64,000 nucleotides of DNA, taken from NCBI GenBank assembly GCA_028704015.1, contig JAQVLT010000001.1, positions 39,484 to 103,483 on the forward strand. Direction: 5' to 3'. Position 1 is the stretch's first letter; each line of letters opens with the position of its first letter. Both the position numbers and the translations under genes were made by a program. Source of the stretch: Patescibacteria group bacterium. Its GTDB lineage: Bacteria > Patescibacteriota > Patescibacteriia > Patescibacteriales > JAQVLT01. Positions 37,037 through 44,440 of the stretch are shown piece after piece. Under the pieces are notes generated by a model that saw only the letters and a list, made by a program, of their open reading frames with translations, was not told the DNA's origin and did no database searches.

Positions 37037-37732
37037 TTAATGGATATACTTAGGATTTATTCTTACTTTTTTCATATCATATTTAAGAAAATCATTTATA
37101 GCTGTTTCTCTGGCTATGCTTTGATTTATGTTATTTGCTTTACCATTGAAGCGCTTAAGTAGTGATTCCTTTTCTCTTTTTTCGGGTAAGCTAGCATAAT
37201 ACTCAGGTTCCCATTTATTTTGGATGTCTGCGTAAAAGCATTCTTGTTGGGGGTCTTTAAATAGTTCCGCAAGCAAATCATATTGTTTAGATTTTTTTGA
37301 GAAATCAATTTTTTTTCCAGCAAAATATAAAATGTGATTTTTTTCATCAAATCGAGGACTGTGCTTAGTTATAACTGAAGTAGGGTCGTTTTTTTTAATA
37401 AGAACATCATAATTTTTATAAAAATCCTTCGTCAGAATTATATTATAATTTGAATACTCTTTTAAATTTTCAAACGGCATTACAATATCCATCGTGGAAA
37501 AATTTTCTAGCCATTCATCTGAAACCCTAATTTCTTCCTTTATAATATTTTCCTTCTTTAAGTTTCGAATTATATCTTTTAGATACCTTCTCTCTATGTT
37601 TAAATTTTGTAGTAACTCCGGGGTGATTGGAATTATTTTTTTCTCTATTGATGTGCCGATGGTAAATAAGTCAACTTCTTTTTTGAGAAACTTGAGGAAA
37701 ACGCATAAATCTATTTTAATTTCATCTTTCAT
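37037..37732 (-). CDS. hypothetical protein, possible C-terminal OmpR-type winged helix (4th gene of the RT operon)
   Basis: KKIDFSKKSKQYDLLAELFKDPQQECFYADIQNKW resembles trans_reg_C. Its start lies 2 nt after the HNH stop. Confidence 0.4.
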   Translation of the reverse strand: MKDEIKIDLCVFLKFLKKEVDLFTIGTSIEKKIIPITPELLQNLNIERRYLKDIIRNLKKENIIKEEIRVSDEWLENFSTMDIVMPFENLKEYSNYNIILTKDFYKNYDVLIKKNDPTSVITKHSPRFDEKNHILYFAGKKIDFSKKSKQYDLLAELFKDPQQECFYADIQNKWEPEYYASLPEKREKESLLKRFNGKANNINQSIARETAINDFLKYDMKKVRINPKYIH

Positions 37733-37734
37733 AC

Positions 37735-38469
37735 TTATTGAATAGAATTAATTTCACTAAATTTTAATATATAAAAATTGGCAATCATTGAGCCATTTTC
37801 TAAGATACTTCTCCTTCTTTCCATGTCGAACATTATTTTTACAAAAAGATAATTAAACTCAAAAAAAGCAAATTCCTTGTCGTCTTCGCAAGTTCTTATA
37901 AAACGATAACTCATACCAGCTTCTATTGACTTTGAGTTTGATCCTAGTAAAAGATAACCACCAAAATCTTTTTTTCCTAAAATAATATCTCTGATTTCAT
38001 CAAATCTTGGTGATAATGCTAATACGGCGCCATAATCTAAATATATAAGTTCCAAGGCAATTTTATACAACGATCGTGATATTAATTTTAAATTTTTACT
38101 ATCCATTTTTTTCTTTCCGAAAAAATTTAGTTTGCAACCATTTATAGTTTGTGCGAAATCACCTTTATTCTTTCTTTTTAATTTTACTTCTATATCAGCC
38201 CCTGAGGAATTTTTAAAATCAATGGTGCTAAAATTTGCTGTAGGAATCTTGCCAGACTTTGATTTTATGCCATAAATTGTTCTCTGAAACAATATAGGGT
38301 CAAAATTTACTAAAATACTATCTAATAATGATAAAGTTTCATTATTACATTTGTCGCATACTACTCCTTTAGGTAAAATTTTTTCTTTATTTCCTAAGGA
38401 TTCTGGAAAAATATGCTCTACGCTTGAGAATAAATTTTTTGTGTTTTTGCAAAATAAACAAATCCCCAT
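37735..38469 (-). CDS. HNH endonuclease domain protein (3rd gene of the RT operon)
   Basis: CLFCKN...SVEHIFPESLGN...VVCDKCNN at the N-terminus. Confidence 0.7.
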   Translation of the reverse strand: MGICLFCKNTKNLFSSVEHIFPESLGNKEKILPKGVVCDKCNNETLSLLDSILVNFDPILFQRTIYGIKSKSGKIPTANFSTIDFKNSSGADIEVKLKRKNKGDFAQTINGCKLNFFGKKKMDSKNLKLISRSLYKIALELIYLDYGAVLALSPRFDEIRDIILGKKDFGGYLLLGSNSKSIEAGMSYRFIRTCEDDKEFAFFEFNYLFVKIMFDMERRRSILENGSMIANFYILKFSEINSIQ

Positions 38470-38493
38470 AGATTTATAGTATATTTTTGTTAT

Positions 38494-39579
38494 TTATTTT
38501 CCCCTAACTAGGTCTATTTCTGCCTGAATTTGTTTGTCCAAATCTCTAGCTGCTTCCTCAAAAACGTCAGAAATCATCTTTAGTTCTGTCATGATTGTGA
38601 TATATTTTTCTAAGGCTTTACTTTCAGAAAGATTTGTGATCAGGTTCGCCTGATTATTTATTTCCGATATTCTACTCTTATTAATTTTTTTCCAATTATT
38701 TTTATATTTCAAAAATAATTCTTTATATTTTTTTTCTCCACTGAGCTTGTCTTCTTCAAAAACCCTTATCTCTTTCTTGTTTATTATGTGGAATGAATAG
38801 TAAAGGCAGTATTCATTAAATTTCCAATTTTTGGCATACGGGAAAAAGATGGAAAAGTCTTTTTTTATAAAGGATATATTCTTTCTGGTTCTTTTTAGAT
38901 TTCTTTTTATATTTTCTTTTAATAATGCTTGAATATTTTTTTCTCTTTTATCAATAAAATTAAAGAATCTTTTAAAAAAATATTGCCATTCTTCTTTAGT
39001 ATTGCTATTAAACCAAGCAGAATCTCTCTGCCTTTTCCGCACAAAGGGGTCAAAATTTTTTCCTTTTAAGGAAGTTATGCCTAACCCATTGCCCCACAAT
39101 ACTTTATTTTTTGTGATTATGTTATGTAATAAGATTAAACTTATTTTAACTAATAGTTTATCTTCGTCTATCGTATGGTAAAGGTTATTTCTGACGTTGT
39201 GACAAAAGGCAATTTTTTGTTTTTCTTCCTGCGTAATAATTAATTCTTTAACGCAAGTTTTTAATAACTCTCCATGATAACATATAATTTTTTCTCTATC
39301 CTTCTGTTTATATTTTTTGTGCAAAATATAACTTAATCCGTCTCTGAAAAGTATAGCATCCATTAATGTCCTTAATTGAATTTCAATAAAATTATCCAGC
39401 AAGATAACTGCCAATCTTTGATATGCGAAATCTTTTATTCTGCCAAACCTTGAGGCTTCATTTAATTGTATTTTTAACAAAACAGTTCGCTCCATAATAA
39501 AATAAATAATTATTTTTGAAAAAGTTCTATATAGCGCTGGTGTAGTGAAGAAATATTCATTTTTGTAATTGGCAAACAA
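38494..39579 (-). CDS. HEPN-type (Rx4H; AbiD/AbiF-like) predicted RNase (2nd gene of the RT operon)
   Basis: Codons 39192-39175 read R-N-N-L-Y-H (CHNVRNNLYHT) in an alpha-helical protein. Start is TTG at 39579 or ATG at 39495. Confidence 0.55.
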   Translation of the reverse strand: MFANYKNEYFFTTPALYRTFSKIIIYFIMERTVLLKIQLNEASRFGRIKDFAYQRLAVILLDNFIEIQLRTLMDAILFRDGLSYILHKKYKQKDREKIICYHGELLKTCVKELIITQEEKQKIAFCHNVRNNLYHTIDEDKLLVKISLILLHNIITKNKVLWGNGLGITSLKGKNFDPFVRKRQRDSAWFNSNTKEEWQYFFKRFFNFIDKREKNIQALLKENIKRNLKRTRKNISFIKKDFSIFFPYAKNWKFNEYCLYYSFHIINKKEIRVFEEDKLSGEKKYKELFLKYKNNWKKINKSRISEINNQANLITNLSESKALEKYITIMTELKMISDVFEEAARDLDKQIQAEIDLVRGK

Positions 39580-39618
39580 ATAGTACGGTTCATTTAATTA
39601 AGCTCTGAAAATCACTAT

Positions 39619-41031
39619 TTATCTTATATATTGTTTAGGATAAAAGTTCGTTTTTAGATAAACCAATCTTTTTTCTATATGAGTACAATTTAAATTTAAT
39701 TTTTTATAAAATTTTAATAGGGTGTAATGATAATTGTTATGAATCAATTCGTCTGATAATTTATTAAGAAAATTAATAAATTTTATTCTCTCTCGGTTGT
39801 TAAGGTTGTTGTATATTTTTTCTAAATGCCAAGCTTTAATTTTTTGCGATTGTATAAACTTGGGTTTTAGAAATTCGTAGAATAACTTTTTAACTTTTTC
39901 GTGCTGATTTTTAGAGGTAATTAAATTTAATAACCTTATCATTAGTGAGGAGCCATCATTTTTAAGCCCCTCCTTATTTTCTAAAAGAAAATCTATGGCG
40001 TCGTCTACTATTAAATGGTTTCTCTCAGACAGAAGTAAGTGCCATTGGAATGCCATATATTGCTCAAAGTCTTTTTTGTCTTTTATATCAACTTTTTTTT
40101 GATTAATGCATAGCCCATATTGCGTTAGTGACAAAGAAGCTAAATATGCTATCTCAGCCAAATCATTTTTTGATTTTGCAAAGATTATCTGGTCGTCAGC
40201 AAATCTTAGATATTTAGCTTGGTATCTTTCACATATTGCCAACATTTGATGATCATAGTCTTGCAAATAAAAATTCGCTAATATTCTAGAGCAATCTGCT
40301 ATTTCATCTTGGGGAATGCCAACGCTTTGTTGACTGTAAAAATTATAATCCCTATTCCAAAATTTTAAAAAGTGAAAAAGTAAACTAATCACATCGTTTT
40401 GCTCTGAAGGGCAAATGCCTCTTATTTTATCTTCTAACACATCAAGTCTAATTGAATCATAAAAATTGGCAATGTCCATCTCTAAAACGTAATTATGTTT
40501 ATTTGCCTTACACGAATGAACGTATACATTATTTGTAAATTCTCCCCATGCCGCCCTCCATGCGTTTGGGTTGAATGATGTTTCCATAGGGTATTCTTCT
40601 GACATGTCTAAAGTGACAATGTCGCCGTTCGGCATTTCGTATGACTTAAACGTTTGATTGTAATATTCTATTTCTTCTCGTTCTTGAGTGCGAATTTGTC
40701 CCCCAAGCTTCCATCCACCGTAGGTGCCAGGAGCCCTATTTCCTGATATATAATTCTCTAGCTTCTTAATACAATAAAAGTAAACACAAGTATCTCGGGG
40801 TGTAAATACTGGCACTATTCTAGAAATTGAATTCCCCTTATTAAATATAATATAACTTCTTGGTTTCTCGGGATAATAAGTTTTTTCAACTATTGAGGAA
40901 TGTAAATCACGCAAGAGTTCACGTTTATTATAGTCTTGCTCTATCGGGCAGAGGGTTTCTTTATTAATTTTTTTCCAAAACTGGCTAGTATTAACTGAAA
41001 AAATTTTATAAAAATTTTCAAAACTTTCCAT
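39619..41031 (-). CDS. reverse transcriptase, non-intron Abi/UG-like, with helical C-terminal domain (1st gene of the operon)
   Basis: RT motifs RIVPVFTPRDTCVY, MDIANFYDSI, GIPQDEIADCSRILANFYL, YLRFADDQIIF (FADD codons 40192-40203), GLCINQKK. ATG at 41031 (GTG at 41052 possible). Confidence 0.85.
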   Translation of the reverse strand: MESFENFYKIFSVNTSQFWKKINKETLCPIEQDYNKRELLRDLHSSIVEKTYYPEKPRSYIIFNKGNSISRIVPVFTPRDTCVYFYCIKKLENYISGNRAPGTYGGWKLGGQIRTQEREEIEYYNQTFKSYEMPNGDIVTLDMSEEYPMETSFNPNAWRAAWGEFTNNVYVHSCKANKHNYVLEMDIANFYDSIRLDVLEDKIRGICPSEQNDVISLLFHFLKFWNRDYNFYSQQSVGIPQDEIADCSRILANFYLQDYDHQMLAICERYQAKYLRFADDQIIFAKSKNDLAEIAYLASLSLTQYGLCINQKKVDIKDKKDFEQYMAFQWHLLLSERNHLIVDDAIDFLLENKEGLKNDGSSLMIRLLNLITSKNQHEKVKKLFYEFLKPKFIQSQKIKAWHLEKIYNNLNNRERIKFINFLNKLSDELIHNNYHYTLLKFYKKLNLNCTHIEKRLVYLKTNFYPKQYIR

Positions 41032-41153
41032 CGTGTTGGCGAAAATTAGCACGCGGTAGTGGTTGCCACGTCTAAATTATAATTAGTCAATTCTGCTTTT
41101 AATTTTGCACCTTTTATTATTAAAGTCAACTGTAAATTAGATTTTTACATATT

Positions 41154-41178
41154 GCAAAAACACCCCCGAAAAGGTGTT
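41154..41178 (-). terminator. rho-independent terminator separating ORF 41215-42150 from the RT operon
   Basis: aacacc/ggtgtt stem followed by a T-run on the minus strand. Confidence 0.6.
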
Positions 41179-41214
41179 CTTAATGTCGGTAGATTACAGA
41201 TAGAGCGAGTTCAA

Positions 41215-42150
41215 CTAGAACTCCATTTGTTTTGGTTTTTCAAACGGCATGTATTCTGTAACCAACTTAATAGAATAAGAAGATGCGATTTTATTGTTGG
41301 AGTCCTTTTTTTGCTTTATTTCTAAATCAACTTTTAAAACATCCTCCGCGTAAAGTCTGATTTCTCCGCTGTGTAATTTTTTTAAAAATACTTCATCATC
41401 AATAGTTACTGGCCATAAGACATTATTATCTCCCATAATAAAAGAATATGCTTTTTCTTCGCCAGAATAAGAACCTCGTTTTGGTTTTAAATAAATATTT
41501 TTCAAAATTGAAATATTATCTTCAGTTTCTTCTGATAATTCCGTGTGTGCATATTTTTCAATAAACTCAATATCTTCTTTTTTAATAATTTGCTCAGTGC
41601 TATCTTTCGCAGTTATTTTAAAGCTTACCTCGGTAGTTGCTGGAAATTTGCTAAACGGTGCAACCGTGCAATTGTAATAATTGTTTTGCACCAAAGGAGA
41701 TTGGACTAGCTTGTGTTCAGCCATGCTAACTTCCAACTTTTCACCAGTTGGAGAGATATAAGTTATTGTCTCACCATTATCTTTTCTTTCAAAATTTGAA
41801 ACTATACCCCTGGTGAATTGTATGATTTTAATTAAGCCCGTAACTCCTTCTTTTGCATTCAATCCCAAAAACGATAGAAGAAGCATTAAGCTTTGCCCAT
41901 CATCATCTTTGAGATAGTTTAATAAATGAGGTACCTGTGAATGCTGAATAACAAAATCAGTTATCCAAGAACCTTCTCTGAATGGCTTAACTTTAACATC
42001 TATTTTTTGTTCGAACCCAAGAATGTTGTTTGCAGAACGAATAAGTTCGCCAAAATGCATTAAAACGGGTGCTATTTCAAAAACATCAACGCCGTCATCG
42101 GCATTAATTCCATTCAGTTTATATATTATTTGAGTTTTTGAAATTTTCAT
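41215..42150 (-). CDS. hypothetical protein (island gene, own transcription unit)
   Basis: 311-aa ORF from ATG at 42150 (MKISKTQ...); no motif recognised. Confidence 0.45.
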   Translation of the reverse strand: MKISKTQIIYKLNGINADDGVDVFEIAPVLMHFGELIRSANNILGFEQKIDVKVKPFREGSWITDFVIQHSQVPHLLNYLKDDDGQSLMLLLSFLGLNAKEGVTGLIKIIQFTRGIVSNFERKDNGETITYISPTGEKLEVSMAEHKLVQSPLVQNNYYNCTVAPFSKFPATTEVSFKITAKDSTEQIIKKEDIEFIEKYAHTELSEETEDNISILKNIYLKPKRGSYSGEEKAYSFIMGDNNVLWPVTIDDEVFLKKLHSGEIRLYAEDVLKVDLEIKQKKDSNNKIASSYSIKLVTEYMPFEKPKQMEF

Positions 42151-42270
42151 ATTCAAATATATTATAACATATAACTAAATGAATAGCACTGGCGAAAACA
42201 AAATTTTTTAAGAGAAACACAATTTTTTATTTAATTAATAATTTTAAAGTAAACCAGTTTGTATAATACT

Positions 42271-42298
42271 AAAAACACCCCAATTAAGGGGTGTTTTT
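42271..42298. terminator. perfect bidirectional hairpin downstream of tRNA-His
   Basis: aaaaacacccc-aattaa-ggggtgttttt. Confidence 0.75.
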
Positions 42299-42305
42299 AC
42301 TTCAA

Positions 42306-42319
42306 GGGTGGCTACTGGG
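42306..42319. repeat. direct repeat gggtggctactggg, right copy (3' end of the intact tRNA-His)
   Basis: Identical to 31214-31227. Confidence 0.85.
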
Positions 42320-42379
42320 AGTTGAACCCAGGTTACTTGCGCCACAAGCAAGTGTTCTAGCCGTTGAACCATAGCCACC
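42307..42379 (-). tRNA. tRNA-His (anticodon GUG) with G-1
   Basis: G-1 plus acceptor GTGGCTA/TAGCCAC, discriminator C, anticodon loop TTGTGGC. Unusual T-loop TTCAACT. Confidence 0.85.
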
Positions 42380-42478
42380 ATGATATAATATATTTTACTT
42401 TAACTTATTAAGATACATTTCACAACCGAACAATTTAATTTCAACAATGGGGTTGTGTCGTGGAAAGTCTTTTGTCGT

Positions 42479-42542
42479 TGGGAATCGAACCCAGATCATC
42501 GGGACCACAACCCGATGTACTAACCGCTGTACTATAGCCACC
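42479..42542 (-). pseudogene. tRNA-His copy lacking the last 3'-side T-stem base and the whole 3' acceptor strand
   Basis: GGTGGCTATAGTACAGCGGTTAGTACATCGGGTTGTGGTCCCGATGATCTGGGTTCGATTCCCA, then unrelated ACGACAAAAG. No sequence pairs with the 5' acceptor. Confidence 0.8.
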
Positions 42543-42583
42543 ATGTTACACGATCTTCAATTATCAATTTTCAATTACGAATT

Positions 42584-43123
42584 CTAAATCTTATACAAAT
42601 ATATTTTGCTATTTTCTCCCAGCTCTAATATTTTTTCTGTTTTCATATTTGGTAAAATAAACTGATAGCTTACCACTAGCGTTCCCGGTTTGCACTCTTT
42701 TTTGAATTTCTCTTCCAGCTTCGCCATCATATTGGGAAATAGATAACAATAAATCACATCCGCATCTTCTAAATTTATCTTGAACATATTTTTCTTCCTG
42801 ATTTTTATTTTGCTTTTTGCCAAACTCAATTGAATTTTGGAAAAAAAATAAGGAAACGAGGAATATTCTATGCCGATACATTTTGCTCCTGGGTATCGCT
42901 CTTCAAATGCGCGCAGAAATCCGGCCTTGCCTGATCCTAATTCATAAACCGTACCGCTAAAATTCTCACCAAAATTAATATTCTCAAAAATTTTATTAAT
43001 CACATCATATTTAGTGGAAATAAATGGAGCATAGCCGCGGAAAAGCATATTAAAAAACTGAATAGCCACAAAAACAGCCAAAACTATTAATATTAAATTC
43101 AAAATTGTTAAAAAATAAAACAT
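42584..43123 (-). CDS. class I SAM-dependent methyltransferase with N-terminal TM helix
   Basis: Motif I YELGSGKAGF, then IGIEYS. Confidence 0.55.
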   Translation of the reverse strand: MFYFLTILNLILIVLAVFVAIQFFNMLFRGYAPFISTKYDVINKIFENINFGENFSGTVYELGSGKAGFLRAFEERYPGAKCIGIEYSSFPYFFSKIQLSLAKSKIKIRKKNMFKINLEDADVIYCYLFPNMMAKLEEKFKKECKPGTLVVSYQFILPNMKTEKILELGENSKIYLYKI

Positions 43124-43161
43124 AAATTTTAATTTTTTAAATTTCTAAATTTTTATACTTG

Positions 43162-43233
43162 TACGCCCGGGGGGAATCGAACCCTCATAACCAGCTTAGA
43201 AGGCTGGTGTTCTATCCATTGAACTACGGGCGC
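43162..43233 (-). tRNA. tRNA-Arg (anticodon UCU)
   Basis: Acceptor GCGCCCG/CGGGCGT, anticodon loop CTTCTAA, GGTTCGATTCC. Confidence 0.85.
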
Positions 43234-43257
43234 AAAAAATATTATCAACTAAAGACA

Positions 43258-43334
43258 AACCCTCATAATCCCGCCGAGGCGGGACTGGTGTTCCCTGCCT
43301 GCCGGCAGGCAGGTATCCATTGAACTACGGGCGC
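43258..43334 (-). pseudogene. decayed tRNA-Arg copy carrying two GC palindromes
   Basis: GCGCCCGTAGTTCAATGGATA-[cctgcctgccggcaggcagg]-GAACACCAG-[tcccgcctcggcggga]-TTATGAGGGTT. Confidence 0.75.
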
Positions 43335-43554
43335 AATAAATAATAGTCCCGATTATTCGGGACGATTATAATTTAACAGAAATAATGAAGAAAGTCAACC
43401 AAAACGTTAAAAATTTTTAATTTCCAATTTTTAATTTTTAAATAATATCTTAATTTTTAATTATAAAATATTAGAAATTATTATATTTATAAATTATTTA
43501 AAAATTAAAAATTACAAAATTTAAAAATTCTATACTGTTTTTTGATATTATAAG

Positions 43555-44394
43555 TTAATTATCCCTGATTCGTTGCCTCGCTACCTCGTACATTATAATC
43601 GCTCCGCTAACTGACACGTTAAGCGAATCAATCTTTCCGTGCATAGGAATTATAATAAGCTCATTGGCATTGTCCAACCAATATTTACTCAAGCCCTTGT
43701 CTTCCGCGCCGAGAATTATGGCGGAAGGTTTTTTGTAATTAATTTCTAAATAATTTTTCTTGGCTGGCAAGGCGGCGGCGTAAGATTTAATTTTATTTTT
43801 TTTAAGCCAAGCTACGGTTTCGGCCGGCGTAGAAGCAACTGTTCGCATAGAAAAAATCGCGCCGCGGCTCGCATGAATAACGTTTGGATTATAAATATCA
43901 ATTTGTTCTTCATTAAAAATCACGGCATCCGCCTGCGTGGCATCAGCCGTTCGCAAAATCGCTCCCAGATTCCCAGGCTTTTCTACCGCTTCCAAAACTA
44001 CAATCAAGGCAGGCCTCGCTTCTCCCCCTCGTTTTGAGGGGGAGTTAGAGGGGGTCATGATATCTTCTAATTTTAAATCGTCCGGCCGACGGGCTAAAAC
44101 TAAACATCCATCCGGATTTTCGCGATAAGAAATTTTTTTAAAAACAGCTTCCGTAACTTCAATAACTTTTTCTTCTACTGCCGAAAATAAACTTACATTT
44201 GTTTGTCTTTGGGAATTTTCTTTGGCCAATTCCGGACAATAATAAACTTCCATAATTTCCAATTTGCACTCTATTGCCATTTCTATTTCCTTCTTTCCCT
44301 CAACCACAATCAAGCCGGTTTTTCTTCTTTCGCGCGGCTTGTATAATTTGATAATCTCTTTAATTTTTTCATTTTGTGGGCTGGTAATAATCAT
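43555..44394 (-). CDS. TrmH/SpoU-family RNA 2'-O-methyltransferase
   Basis: VLEAVEKPGNLGAILRTADA, IIPMHGKIDSLNVSVSGAIIMYE. Contains a GC-palindrome-encoded insert, TPSNSPSKRGGEAR. Confidence 0.8.
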   Translation of the reverse strand: MIITSPQNEKIKEIIKLYKPRERRKTGLIVVEGKKEIEMAIECKLEIMEVYYCPELAKENSQRQTNVSLFSAVEEKVIEVTEAVFKKISYRENPDGCLVLARRPDDLKLEDIMTPSNSPSKRGGEARPALIVVLEAVEKPGNLGAILRTADATQADAVIFNEEQIDIYNPNVIHASRGAIFSMRTVASTPAETVAWLKKNKIKSYAAALPAKKNYLEINYKKPSAIILGAEDKGLSKYWLDNANELIIIPMHGKIDSLNVSVSGAIIMYEVARQRIRDN

Positions 44395-44440
44395 ATATAA
44401 AAAATAAATAATTTTAAAATCTAAAAAATGTTAAGTTTAA

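Larger units (their letters stand above)
31214..42478. mobile_element. ~11.2 kb integrated element at tRNA-His (serine-recombinase island / prophage remnant)
   Basis: tRNA-His 3'-end repeat at one end, intact plus truncated tRNA-His at the other. Carries a recombinase, a capsid fragment, and nuclease and RT genes; very AT-rich. Confidence 0.75.

Noticed and set aside
39619-41052. RT as a group II intron, retron or DGR component
   Set aside because: - There is no maturase or En domain architecture.
- I could not see a domain V-like RNA.
- The 160-nt upstream spacer has no flanking a1/a2 inverted repeats or msr-msd-like structure.
- There is no TR/VR repeat pair, and no I/LGxxxSQ motif.
- The motif C is FADD, with an Abi/UG-like long insert.

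A formal RT classification is still needed.
41053-41153. ncRNA template upstream of the RT (GC-rich patch gacgtggcaaccactaccgcgtgc just before the start)
   Set aside because: Only a 4-bp mini-hairpin is evident, and the spacer is short and mostly promoter-like AT-rich sequence. That is insufficient to call an RNA gene. It is kept as something to test within the RT finding.
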